This document shows positions 19,030-27,993 of a stretch of DNA of 60,283 nt, in pieces. The stretch is from positions 1 to 60,283 of the IMG/VR virus record IMGVR_UViG_3300017788_000995; one strand, 5' to 3'. The stretch comes from a virus (taxonomy: Duplodnaviria; Caudoviricetes). The notes under the pieces were generated by a model. The model was not told the DNA's origin. It did no database searches and saw only the letters and a list, made by a program, of their open reading frames with translations. Positions within the stretch are counted from its first letter, which is position 1, and the number at the start of each line of letters is the position of its first letter. The position numbers and the translations under genes are program-made.

Positions 19030-19063
19030 GCCTTATGTATGCAAAAAACGCTATGTTGACAGC

Positions 19064-19099
19064 GAAAAACGAAAGAACGCGGATTGCTCCGCGTCTTTC
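19064..19099 (-). terminator. Intrinsic terminator downstream of gp32
   Basis: ACGCGGA-GCAA-TCCGCGT hairpin followed by TCTTTCGTTTTT on the minus strand. Confidence 0.75.
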
Positions 19100-19135
19100 T
19101 GCGATGGTTCTGAGTTGTTGCGCTGACGCAATGCG

Positions 19136-20095
19136 TCAGTCTTCTGAAGCAAGACGCTCGAAATAACTCATAGCGTCATCAGAATTATCTTCGTCTTCAG
19201 ACTCCTGCACCTTTTTGGGCGCAGGCTCTGGCTTCCTGGCAGTAGCAGGTGCAGCAGGCTTTGCTGCGCCGCTCGGCTTGAAGGTAGCACGAGGAGTCTG
19301 TTCCTCTTCGTCCAAGTCTACATCTTCGGCTGAAGACTTACGCGGAATTCCCGCATCAGACAACCCCATCACCACATCGTAACGGGCCTTCAATTCCTCG
19401 AAAGACTTGTGAGTATCAGGAGAAGTGAACTCCTTAAGAGAGTGCTGCTTCTTCCAAAGTGACTCCAACTTGGCGTCATCTCCATCGAAGAGTTCAGATG
19501 GGGCATCAAACTCGCTCTTGTCGTAGTTGATGTACCCTGCAACCTTACGAATCTTCAGTTTGAAGTCTGCACCCTTCCAAAAGTCGAAAGGATTGATCGG
19601 CTTCTCGTCTTCAAACTCAGGCTGCATTGCTTGCACAATCTTGTCGTGAATCTTCTTACCGTACTTGAAGAGGAACACCTTGCCCTCGTTCTGTGGTGCG
19701 GACGGATCGCTCACCACAAGAATGTTTGAGACATAGTGCAGTCGGCGCTTACGCTGCCGAGCAATATCCTTGTCTCCCTCATCTCCGCTGTTCCAAAGGC
19801 GTGAGTTGGCTTCACACACAGGACACTTCTTACCAACCGTGGTTGGGCAGTTTTCAATGAACCATCCACCTGGTCCTTGGAACCCATGAGAGAAGCAACG
19901 CGCCCACGGAATGTCTTCTCCCTCAACTGGAGGCAAGAATCGAATAACAGCATACCCGTTGCTTGACTTGTCTAGTTCAGGACGCCAGAAGCGATCATCC
20001 TTGTAAGAGTCGCTTCCCTTCTTTGCGAGTTTGTTGAGTTCGCTGCTCAGTTTGTCGAATCCACCTGATGACTTCTTTAAATCTTTGAATCCCAT
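19136..20095 (-). CDS. gp32: Single-stranded DNA-binding protein
   Basis: DDRFW....DK..NGYAVIRFLP, HGFQGPGGW.IENC.TT...CPVC, acidic tail. Start moved to MGFKDLKK. Confidence 0.95.
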   Translation of the reverse strand: MGFKDLKKSSGGFDKLSSELNKLAKKGSDSYKDDRFWRPELDKSSNGYAVIRFLPPVEGEDIPWARCFSHGFQGPGGWFIENCPTTVGKKCPVCEANSRLWNSGDEGDKDIARQRKRRLHYVSNILVVSDPSAPQNEGKVFLFKYGKKIHDKIVQAMQPEFEDEKPINPFDFWKGADFKLKIRKVAGYINYDKSEFDAPSELFDGDDAKLESLWKKQHSLKEFTSPDTHKSFEELKARYDVVMGLSDAGIPRKSSAEDVDLDEEEQTPRATFKPSGAAKPAAPATARKPEPAPKKVQESEDEDNSDDAMSYFERLASED

Positions 20096-20133
20096 TGTTT
20101 CGTTTCCTTTCTGTTTTGTGTAACGATGTATCA

Positions 20134-20161
20134 AGTATACAGTATCTATCAGCAAAGTCAA
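20134..20161 (-). promoter_or_regulatory. Sigma70-like promoter TTGACT-N16-TATACT upstream of gp32
   Basis: Exact hexamers with a 16-nt spacer. Confidence 0.7.
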
Positions 20162-20817
20162 GCCTTGACATCATGCTTGCTGACTTTTTCTTTCAACAAT
20201 TTCTTGAACTTATTTGGGTTGGCGCACACAGATACAAATGGCTTGTACCGTATCACCTTCTTATAGAGTGTGTCCCAAGTGAAATCTCCCTTGAGTGTTT
20301 TGTCTGCTCTACGCATAAAGCCTAGAATGCAGTCTAGTAGCACAAGCGTTTCTATATGAATATCACCACTCATACACATCTGAAATGCTAGAGGATATTT
20401 GGTATGTTCTAGAGTGCCAATCTCGCGTACAACTGTAGGTGAGAACAAAGCATTGAAAGAGATGCCATTCTTTTCAAGATGATTCAGCATGAACTCACAG
20501 TCTTGCCCAAATGTATAAGTGATACTCTCTTGAGTCCGTTTCCAATCGGTATACACCTGATCGCATTGAGAGTCGAAGGCATCTCCGATCCATAACTGAT
20601 CGTTCATCAGAAAGTTGGATACGAAGAACTCTAGTAGTTCGCTTTCACTGTATCGCTTGGCTAACTTCTCAAAGAAGTAACGATCCTGCCTACGCTCAAA
20701 TGTCTGTGCGCTTGCCCGTGTCTTTCCTCCGTACTTGAAATAGTCGTAACTATCGTGGGTAAAATGACTTTTCACGGCTAGATAGACTTTATATGCGGAG
20801 AAGCCTGTTGCTTTCAT
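20158..20817 (-). CDS. gp59: Helicase loader
   Basis: Y..YLA.K.HF....YDYFKY.GK...F..R.DRYFFEKL; lies between gp33 and gp32. Confidence 0.9.
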   Translation of the reverse strand: MKATGFSAYKVYLAVKSHFTHDSYDYFKYGGKTRASAQTFERRQDRYFFEKLAKRYSESELLEFFVSNFLMNDQLWIGDAFDSQCDQVYTDWKRTQESITYTFGQDCEFMLNHLEKNGISFNALFSPTVVREIGTLEHTKYPLAFQMCMSGDIHIETLVLLDCILGFMRRADKTLKGDFTWDTLYKKVIRYKPFVSVCANPNKFKKLLKEKVSKHDVKA

Positions 20818-21029
20818 ACAGGTAACTTTGGAGTTGCGGGAAGCAAGTTGATAGTTTCTCCCTCTGCTCTGATCTTTTCAATGATCGGTTTGGACAAATA
20901 CTTGGCTGCTTGCTCAGGATCAATCCTCATCTCGTCACACACGGCAAGAACACTTTCAATGTATCCATTCTTGTGCTTGGCGAGATGCTTTTCTAGGCGA
21001 TCAAGAAACTGCTTCTGTGTTACTAGCAA
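20814..21029 (-). CDS. gp33: Late transcription coactivator
   Basis: YIE.VL..C....ID.E...K..S..I.EKI..E....NLL; gene order. Confidence 0.85.
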   Translation of the reverse strand: MLVTQKQFLDRLEKHLAKHKNGYIESVLAVCDEMRIDPEQAAKYLSKPIIEKIRAEGETINLLPATPKLPV

Positions 21030-22152
21030 CTTGCATCGCTCCTGTTGGTTGGGGTTGCTGAACCATGTGCTGTAGTTTGCTGATGACCTCTACAAACTTG
21101 TCAACACCTTCCTTGCTGTAGAACCTCGGAGGATCATCAAAGAATGTTGATTCGGGAATCTTTAATGCCGTTACTGCTGCCACAAGTCTCTCGTAGTCGC
21201 TTTTGGTAGTGCGAATGATTCCAACATAAGATCCTCGTAGTTTAGGATACTTGGCGATAGACATACGATAGAAGTTCGCGGCAATTTGCATTCCCTCCAA
21301 CACCATTGCATCTTTGTTTGGATCTTCTGAGTTCTGAATTTGCTCAGTCTGATACTCAAAGAAGTTGCCAGCAAATACAGCGGCTTGTGCTGCTTCAGCA
21401 GGCCATTGAGAATTGTCGTACACGCTCTTCAAGACATCCAAACAAGCAGCGTCTTTGCGATAGTACAGTTGACGCCCATAGTAGTACTTGCGCGTGGGAG
21501 CATCAGAATGCTCCACAGTATCCATACGCATCATCTCAAGAATTCTATCGTTGTCGTGATTCTTGCCCACATCATCAGGGTGATCTACGCTGTGGTCGAT
21601 GACTACCTGAATACCTTTTGTTTCAGGAAGCAAGTGTTCGTGAAAACGATACATCCACTTCGCTTTACCTGGCCGCCAAATGCAGTTGCGCGGAAACTTA
21701 TGCCCAAACTTGGTTCGATGGAAGATGCTAACAACACCGATATGCGGGGTAACTCGCTGTAGTTTCCAACGCAAGTCTCTACCCTTTTCTAGCACTTCAT
21801 CAGCATCAAACATTGCAATCCATGTTGCCTTGCCTGCATTTGCTAGTTCTACTGCCTTGTTTCGCGCATCGGAGAATGAATCAGGCCAAGGCATGGTATG
21901 CACTTCTGCGCCCAACTGCTTGGCAAGTTCAACCGTATTGTCTGTACTACCCGTGTCAACTATCACAACGCGATCAGCAAATCCTTCTAGGCTCTTCATA
22001 AGCCTGGATATATTGTTTGCTTCGTTCTTTGTGATGAACACAGAAACAATGCTGAAGTTACGCAAATCGGTCAAGTACTTGTGTACTTGCTTGCCTCGTT
22101 CTAATCTTTGCTTTTGTGCTTTGTTCTGTTTGCGACGCTCATTCTTTTTCAT
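21001..22152 (-). CDS. GT2-family glycosyltransferase with a helical C-terminus
   Basis: ITKNE, VDTGSTD.T, FS.ARN, DADE, HE motifs. Confidence 0.85.
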   Translation of the reverse strand: MKKNERRKQNKAQKQRLERGKQVHKYLTDLRNFSIVSVFITKNEANNISRLMKSLEGFADRVVIVDTGSTDNTVELAKQLGAEVHTMPWPDSFSDARNKAVELANAGKATWIAMFDADEVLEKGRDLRWKLQRVTPHIGVVSIFHRTKFGHKFPRNCIWRPGKAKWMYRFHEHLLPETKGIQVVIDHSVDHPDDVGKNHDNDRILEMMRMDTVEHSDAPTRKYYYGRQLYYRKDAACLDVLKSVYDNSQWPAEAAQAAVFAGNFFEYQTEQIQNSEDPNKDAMVLEGMQIAANFYRMSIAKYPKLRGSYVGIIRTTKSDYERLVAAVTALKIPESTFFDDPPRFYSKEGVDKFVEVISKLQHMVQQPQPTGAMQVASNTEAVS

Positions 22153-22189
22153 AAAGGACTCCCATCGAGTAAATTATCATAGACACCAA

Positions 22190-22714
22190 TCAAGTCAACC
22201 ATCTGCTCCAAATTGTTTTGTGATACTCGTCAGATATTTCCACAAACAGTAATCCCCGCTTCGGAGCAACTGGTTGTGTTCTGAGTTTCATGTTTGCTTC
22301 GTTCGGAGTGCGATTGCTTTTTTTGGCATTACACTTCTTGCACGACACTACAACATTTGTCCATTCGTGCTTGCCTCCACGAGACTTAGGCATCACATGA
22401 TCTATGGTAGCACGCTCTCCGCTCACATGACATCCGCAATACTGGCATTCGTTGTTGTCTCTGCGAGTGATGTTGCGCTTGCTTGGGCGTGCCAATCTGT
22501 ATGGGATATACACATAGTTCACCAGTACAAGTGCAGATGGTAGATGAAATACACCAGATCCTGTCTTGATCTCGTAGCAATGCTCGTAGTTAAATGGTGA
22601 CCGCGCCTTGCCTTGTATGAGCATGGTTACTGCGCGCCACCAATCAATGACTCCGATGACCTGTTCTGATATGTTTAGAAGAAGAACTTTCCTGTTTTCA
22701 ATTAGCGTGTCCAT
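22190..22714 (-). CDS. HNH endonuclease (McrA-like)
   Basis: RD...CQYCG...TIDHV.P.SRGG...WTNVV.SC..CN.KK. Start moved to MDTLIENRK. Confidence 0.9.
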   Translation of the reverse strand: MDTLIENRKVLLLNISEQVIGVIDWWRAVTMLIQGKARSPFNYEHCYEIKTGSGVFHLPSALVLVNYVYIPYRLARPSKRNITRRDNNECQYCGCHVSGERATIDHVMPKSRGGKHEWTNVVVSCKKCNAKKSNRTPNEANMKLRTQPVAPKRGLLFVEISDEYHKTIWSRWLT

Positions 22715-23438
22715 TCTTGATCTCCTCAATGACCTCATCGGGATCAAACTCTGCATAGAACTCGTCAATGCGTTCTTTCAACTCGGGCACAAATCGTTTG
22801 GGCGATTCCACAAATGCTTGCTCTTCGCCTTCTGCGCTCACCATCATAATCACGATCTGTGGAACACGAGTACCAATCAACTCTTGAAACATGATGGAGT
22901 ACGCGGTTGCTTGCAAGAAATAATCATGGCATCCTCGTGAGTCCTTCATACGCTCTGCTGTCTTGAAGTCGATGACGCTGAGTTTGCCATCAAACTCGGC
23001 AACACAATCTGTTCTGCCAGCGAGTCGCATCATGTTGCTGTACAGAGGCACTTCCAATCCCGCCACATTGTTCACGAAACGATCAACCCTAGGCTTGATC
23101 TTCAAAAACATCTCTTCCAGTTGTGGTCTACCAAACAACACCTGAAATGGATCACGATTTGAAAGGTAGTACTCCATAGTTAGGTGGAAGTTCTTACCTC
23201 GCTCAAGAATCATGCGGCTCTTGTCTGCATTATCTTCGCGCCACTTCTTCCACTTGTCACGATCTCTCCACCCCGTGACGGTGGTTACAGACGGATACCA
23301 CACCAGTTCGCCTTCAGCGCCTGGAGTTTGGTAGAACCGTTTGCCGTTCACAATCTGATCTTTGAGATTGGGCAACTCAATCAAGTTCTGGCGAAAGTTG
23401 CCGATGTTATACTTTGGCTGTGCTTCTTTATTCATCAT
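22698..23438 (-). CDS. PD-(D/E)xK exonuclease (Cas4/RecB-like, T4-like phage family)
   Basis: YPSVTTV, RG..FH...E, E..L......AGR.D......IDFKT, Q..AY. Confidence 0.88.
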   Translation of the reverse strand: MMNKEAQPKYNIGNFRQNLIELPNLKDQIVNGKRFYQTPGAEGELVWYPSVTTVTGWRDRDKWKKWREDNADKSRMILERGKNFHLTMEYYLSNRDPFQVLFGRPQLEEMFLKIKPRVDRFVNNVAGLEVPLYSNMMRLAGRTDCVAEFDGKLSVIDFKTAERMKDSRGCHDYFLQATAYSIMFQELIGTRVPQIVIMMVSAEGEEQAFVESPKRFVPELKERIDEFYAEFDPDEVIEEIKNGHAN

Positions 23439-23441
23439 GTA

Positions 23442-23469
23442 AGTCTACTACAATTTCGAGAAAAGTCAA
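23442..23469 (-). promoter_or_regulatory. Sigma70-like promoter TTGACT-N16-TAGACT, probably leaderless
   Basis: The -10 box ends 6 nt before the second in-frame ATG (23435). Confidence 0.55.
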
Positions 23470-23756
23470 CCAAATCTATCTTTTAAACGCTGACGAGTTC
23501 CATCAAATCGTGGTGCCCGTTTGGCAATCTCTTTCATTCTGTCTCGGAATCCTGCATCCAAGTTGCCGTATCCTAGTGGATCCATGCGAGAGTCTACTGC
23601 CACATTCGGGCCTTCTCCCCATATGGTTTGTTCGATCTTGCCTTTGTGTTTGCAAGCAGGACATGGCGCCTTACAAGGCTTAGTATGATCTGCCATCTTC
23701 AGAAACTCTTCAAACTTGTGTTCGCACTTGTGACACACATACTGATAAATTGGCAT
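23466..23756 (-). CDS. FmdB-family zinc-ribbon protein
   Basis: MPIYQY.C..C...FE......CP.C. Confidence 0.85.
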   Translation of the reverse strand: MPIYQYVCHKCEHKFEEFLKMADHTKPCKAPCPACKHKGKIEQTIWGEGPNVAVDSRMDPLGYGNLDAGFRDRMKEIAKRAPRFDGTRQRLKDRFG

Positions 23757-23758
23757 GA

Positions 23759-24535
23759 TTATCCTTTCGCGTATGGAGCCCTGATATCCAAGCCCCCGTG
23801 GGTCAGCAATGCGCTTGCTGTGTGGTGCTGCGCCTTATCTGCGTCTATCACTGGCATATCTTTACGCGCTGGCGCACCTGCGGGCGGCCTCTTTGCTTTC
23901 AGCGCATTGAAACGCTTCTGCAATTCTTTCTCACCGATCTTGTTTAGCCATGCTGCTGCTTTGTTTTTGTCGTAGAACTTAGGACTAATATACTTTCCTG
24001 TCTTGATGATGTCAAGTATATCTGCGAAAGAAGCGTCATAAAGGCTGATATCTCCACCTCCTGGCGCTCCGCGGCGTTCGTTTCCAAGCGCATCTCCCAA
24101 TGCTCTGAGTACAGGAACCAAGTCTCCGATACCTAGATCGGCTTTGAGTCCTCCAACCTTTGCAGTTGGATTAGCAAGCATGGTTGCTGCCCATCGGTGA
24201 TGCCCGTCCAAGATGTAGTTGTCTTTGGATATGACTGCTTTCAAGTCTCCACCAGCCACTCCACCAATTGCCATACCAATCACTTTACCCATGAAGATTT
24301 CACTTTGAGTTGGCATCAATTGACTCGCTGCGATATTAGCAGGGGATGTCTTAACCACATCGTCTTTGGAGTTTCCATCCTTATGTCCTTTGGTGAGAAA
24401 CACCTTGGCGAGAGCAGTGGTAATGGGATTTGGAAACTGTGCGGGATCAACAACCTTTGTAGGAAGGTCTTCCATGAGTTCAACCGCGTGTTCGATGAGT
24501 CTGCTAATTACGCAATAGTCTTTGAAACTCTTCAT
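23759..24535 (-). CDS. ParB/Srx N-terminal-domain protein with a capsid-targeting-like N-terminus
   Basis: L.PTQ..I and ISKDNYILDGHHRWAA. Starts MKSFKDY. Confidence 0.75.
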   Translation of the reverse strand: MKSFKDYCVISRLIEHAVELMEDLPTKVVDPAQFPNPITTALAKVFLTKGHKDGNSKDDVVKTSPANIAASQLMPTQSEIFMGKVIGMAIGGVAGGDLKAVISKDNYILDGHHRWAATMLANPTAKVGGLKADLGIGDLVPVLRALGDALGNERRGAPGGGDISLYDASFADILDIIKTGKYISPKFYDKNKAAAWLNKIGEKELQKRFNALKAKRPPAGAPARKDMPVIDADKAQHHTASALLTHGGLDIRAPYAKG

Positions 24536-24538
24536 GTA

Positions 24539-25147
24539 TCACCCGTTTGTGTGCTTGAAGAATTCAATCTGACGCAAACGCTTCAGAGCCTTTTCTTCTG
24601 ATCCATACACACCAAAACTTTTGTCTCCGTCTTTGGACATGACTTCGTATTTACCATCATCGCGCTTCACAATCTTTTCTACCAGTTCTTCTGTTAGACG
24701 AATTGAATGAACAGCGTTGATGATAACTTTCTTGGAGGTTGCTCTTGCATATGCCCATGTGACTCCACCCAGGCTACTTGTCTCAGGAACCACTTCTTTC
24801 TTGTTGCTCTTCAGAATGAATTCTGGCTTGCCTAGCATGATGCGTTTCAAGATGATGACCACATCTATTTCTTTGCTTTGATTGGCTGGGTCGAATCCCA
24901 TGGCATCAATCTCTGCGGTCTTCTTCATGCTCATCAGTTTCTTGACTTCAGCAGCAGAATCATCTGTGTCTGCTTTGAGTTTCTTCTCCAACGCCTTGCG
25001 ATCCTTGTCGCTGATTACTGGTTTAGTGGCAATGATATTACCAAAACGATCCGACTTCCGCTTCAGGGAGTTCATTGCACCTGCAAAGAATCCTGGCATT
25101 TCATCGGGAGGAGTAACTGGTGCTTCGTTTACGGTTGGGTCTTTCAT
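24539..25147 (-). CDS. Hypothetical, probable virion-associated protein
   Basis: 202 aa. C-terminal module IVK..GKY.V.SK.G..FG.Y.S...A.KRLRQIEFFKH follows an LTEELVE linker. TACATA box upstream. Confidence 0.6.
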   Translation of the reverse strand: MKDPTVNEAPVTPPDEMPGFFAGAMNSLKRKSDRFGNIIATKPVISDKDRKALEKKLKADTDDSAAEVKKLMSMKKTAEIDAMGFDPANQSKEIDVVIILKRIMLGKPEFILKSNKKEVVPETSSLGGVTWAYARATSKKVIINAVHSIRLTEELVEKIVKRDDGKYEVMSKDGDKSFGVYGSEEKALKRLRQIEFFKHTNG

Positions 25148-25177
25148 AGCGTTCTCTCTTTGCTATATGTAGTCGCC

Positions 25178-25211
25178 AAAGAAAACCCACCCGTACCGAG
25201 TACGGGTGGGC
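25178..25211 (-). terminator. Intrinsic terminator
   Basis: CCCACCCGTAC-TCG-GTACGGGTGGG (11-bp perfect stem) followed by TTTTCTTT. Confidence 0.85.
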
Positions 25212-25318
25212 GGTAGCGAAATCCCTATTCGGGTAAGTTTCCCGACACACGGCGAGTAGCGTAATCCGCCCTGCACCGTTCCAACGACTGACTCCGTGAA
25301 GTAGTGTTGGGGGACGCT
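25178..25318 (-). ncRNA. Candidate structured small RNA of unknown family
   Basis: Intergenic, between TATAAATA (25320-25327) and a terminator. Three hairpins inside a closing stem. Confidence 0.5.
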
Positions 25319-25319
25319 T

Positions 25320-25327
25320 TATTTATA
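25320..25327 (-). promoter_or_regulatory. T4 consensus late promoter TATAAATA
   Basis: Exact match, intergenic. Confidence 0.65.
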
Positions 25328-25339
25328 TCGAAAGGCGCA

Positions 25340-26242
25340 TCAACCGCGAATGATTTTCCAGCCTGTCACATAAAGATCATATCCTTTGGGGCCTCTAGGC
25401 CCGAACCACGGATCAGGCATAGTTACAATCTTTCCTGGCGATTCGTTGAGCCATGCTCCCCACCAACTGAAACTGCTGTTCGAGATGATACAATGATCGG
25501 TTGCTCGTATAAAAGCAAGGTCTTGTGTCATTGATGTTCCTTCGGAATAGGTAAATGATCCAAACCTATTCATGGTTGGAAAGAATGATTTGCACCACGG
25601 GATATCATCGCTCACCACAATGAAATGACACTTGCCGCCCAAACTTTGAGTTATATGCTCCATTGCTCGCTCGTAGTACACAGCAGAGAACGGGAAATTT
25701 AGAGGCAGTCGCAAGTAGTCTCCACGCCGAACATGAATTGATACGACCTTTCCAGTATCCGAACTGGATCGGCTAGACTCTATGCTTTCTGTTGCACAAT
25801 CTCTGATGCATGAATCTGCAAACGAAAATGCAGCACGAACTTCTTGTTCAGCGTGCTTGAAGTACTTCTCGCTCTGAAAATATCCAAAGAAATCAATGGA
25901 ACCTTCGGCAGCAGTTAGTGCTGCAATGCGAGGAAGATACCTGATATCGTTGTGCGGTTCTCGAATCAAAATGTTTGGACGAAGTTGAGAGCAGTCAGCA
26001 ACTTGGATTCCAAACACCTCATCAATCGCCATGTTCGTCCATTGATTGCCTGGACTTTTGTTTGCATAAGGCAAACTAGGACGCAATCCTGTTTGCTTTG
26101 CGACTCCAAGCAGTAACGCATATTGGAACATTTGGTTTCCAAGTCTGCCCATTCTGCCTAAAGTTTTGCACATAACATACCCAGTAGAGGGGGGCCTCGA
26201 TTGCGCTCTACGCCCCGCGTAGGTTTCGTTCACATTCGCCAT
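25340..26242 (-). CDS. Alpha-1,2-fucosyltransferase-like protein (GT11)
   Basis: GRLGNQMFQYA, GYFQSEKYF, HVRRGDY, NSSFSWWGAWL. Confidence 0.92.
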   Translation of the reverse strand: MANVNETYAGRRAQSRPPSTGYVMCKTLGRMGRLGNQMFQYALLLGVAKQTGLRPSLPYANKSPGNQWTNMAIDEVFGIQVADCSQLRPNILIREPHNDIRYLPRIAALTAAEGSIDFFGYFQSEKYFKHAEQEVRAAFSFADSCIRDCATESIESSRSSSDTGKVVSIHVRRGDYLRLPLNFPFSAVYYERAMEHITQSLGGKCHFIVVSDDIPWCKSFFPTMNRFGSFTYSEGTSMTQDLAFIRATDHCIISNSSFSWWGAWLNESPGKIVTMPDPWFGPRGPKGYDLYVTGWKIIRG

Positions 26243-26255
26243 AACTATCCCTTAC

Positions 26256-27959
26256 TCACGATGAAAATATATCGTCGTCTGATCTCTTTTTCTTGTCGAT
26301 TAGCGTTGCAAGATACTGAACAAACTGAGTGGAAGTAGAGAATCTATATCCAAACTGCTTAGAGTATCGTGTGTCGCCAGAGAATGCCGCAGAAAGAACT
26401 TGAAGTATACTGTAGTCAACCAGTAAAGAAGACTCTGTAATGTTCTTCTGCGGATATGGTTCTCCGCGAATGGGTATCTGCTCTAGCATATGATATGCAA
26501 TAATGGCAGGATACAGATGATACCAGTAGTAGTTGTGAGGAAAAGTTGGGGGCCCAGTTGGTCCCGCGAGTCTTTTTTCAGAAATCGTTGGATCAAATGG
26601 ACTAGAAACAGTAATGATGCTAGAAGGATCTAGGGGTTCCAAGAAAGAATATCGCTCAAGAGTACGAACACCTTCTTTCACAGATGAGATCAGAGGATTT
26701 GCGGAACCAGTACTGGTTCTTTGAAATACTGCACGAATGAACTGCACATCTCCCATTTCGCTTGTTGCATGAGGACCAAAATCTGCTGTAGTATACGGGC
26801 AACATCTAGAGTTAGACCAATCATCGTCTGCAATTATATTGTATCCCAAGTATGGATTTGATCTTCCTATTCCTGTCTTGAATGGATGCGATTCCACATA
26901 CATTCTGTTCTTTCCTATCTTGGATTCCAGCCACTTCCAAAACCTCCACCAACCACGCTGCATGGTTCTATTCTGTACTGTTGTGGCAACATTATCTCCA
27001 GGCACAGGACCAGGAGAGAATACCCCAGCATCAAACGCAATTCGACAGTAAGCAGAAATAAACGGAGCAACAGATTCTTTTAGTCTTCTTTCAGCCGCCT
27101 TTGGATTGGTATTGAAGTACTGCTGCCAGCGTTGGATATATGTGACATATGAACCTCCATTCGCTCCGGCTGGATCGGCCAATCCCCCGATATAAATGAT
27201 TACATCAATGGGTTGTGCTGGGTTAAACCAAGCATCAGGACCTATCGTCCAAGCATCCCATGTTGCTTGATCCAAACGACCGCGAGTTCCCGTGGTCAAT
27301 GCTCGAAACACATTAACAAAGTCATTTACTAGCCAAGGAGAAGGTGTATTTAGAGTCTGTCCATTGTATGTGAGTCCATTCTTTGCATTCACATACTGAT
27401 CCACTTCATATACCGTGGCTTGAGGACTATTTGAGGGAACCATTCCAAACGGATTGTGTAAATGAAAGCGTCTGCATCCCCACTTGTACCACTTCTTTAA
27501 ACTCCACGGATTGAGTTGGCCTGGATATGGATTGTACACTCCCTCGTTCTCCAACGATATCCACTTTTCCCAAGTGAACGCGCTGTGGTCAATATTCCAA
27601 CTTCCAACTCTTCGCTTTTCGCTGCCTGTGTTTTGGTCGGATATACCCAAACCCTCAAATCCAAACACGACTCGGAACTTTTTATCAAACAAGTCTTGAG
27701 CAATCGTGGTCGATGCAGAAACGATTCCAACCGTCTGACTTGGTGTTGGAGTGATTGTTGCAGTTGGAGTAACTGAAGGTGACGGAGCAGGTCCTGAACT
27801 CGGAGAAACGCTAGGAGTTACTGTTACTGATGGAGTTGGAGTTGGAGGTGGAGGATTAGCAGAATTTGATGTCGAACTAGAAATTGTGTTGTACGAGATC
27901 ACACGGGCAGGAGGTTGCGTAACAGTTACTGTTATTCTAATAATACTTGACTCTGACAT
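26256..27959 (-). CDS. Hypothetical protein with a Pro/Ser/Thr-rich N-terminal region and an aromatic-rich globular domain
   Basis: NPPPPTPTPSVTVTPSVSPSSGPAPSPSVTPTATITPTPS. AGGAG RBS and TACATA box upstream. Confidence 0.7.
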   Translation of the reverse strand: MSESSIIRITVTVTQPPARVISYNTISSSTSNSANPPPPTPTPSVTVTPSVSPSSGPAPSPSVTPTATITPTPSQTVGIVSASTTIAQDLFDKKFRVVFGFEGLGISDQNTGSEKRRVGSWNIDHSAFTWEKWISLENEGVYNPYPGQLNPWSLKKWYKWGCRRFHLHNPFGMVPSNSPQATVYEVDQYVNAKNGLTYNGQTLNTPSPWLVNDFVNVFRALTTGTRGRLDQATWDAWTIGPDAWFNPAQPIDVIIYIGGLADPAGANGGSYVTYIQRWQQYFNTNPKAAERRLKESVAPFISAYCRIAFDAGVFSPGPVPGDNVATTVQNRTMQRGWWRFWKWLESKIGKNRMYVESHPFKTGIGRSNPYLGYNIIADDDWSNSRCCPYTTADFGPHATSEMGDVQFIRAVFQRTSTGSANPLISSVKEGVRTLERYSFLEPLDPSSIITVSSPFDPTISEKRLAGPTGPPTFPHNYYWYHLYPAIIAYHMLEQIPIRGEPYPQKNITESSLLVDYSILQVLSAAFSGDTRYSKQFGYRFSTSTQFVQYLATLIDKKKRSDDDIFSS

Positions 27960-27993
27960 AAGAGACTCCTTGCGTGTATTCTATGTATCTCGT

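Noticed and set aside
22170-22198. Sixth TTGACT-N16 promoter upstream of the GT2 gene
   Set aside because: The -10 hexamer (TAATTT) is a weak match, so it was not counted.
22698-23438. Cas4 as evidence of a CRISPR system
   Set aside because: This exonuclease family is common in T4-like phages. No Fe-S cysteine cluster, array or other cas genes are present.
25178-25318. tRNA call for the cloverleaf-like intergenic structure
   Set aside because: No GTTCRA T-loop, D-loop signature or CCA end. Kept only as an unknown ncRNA candidate.
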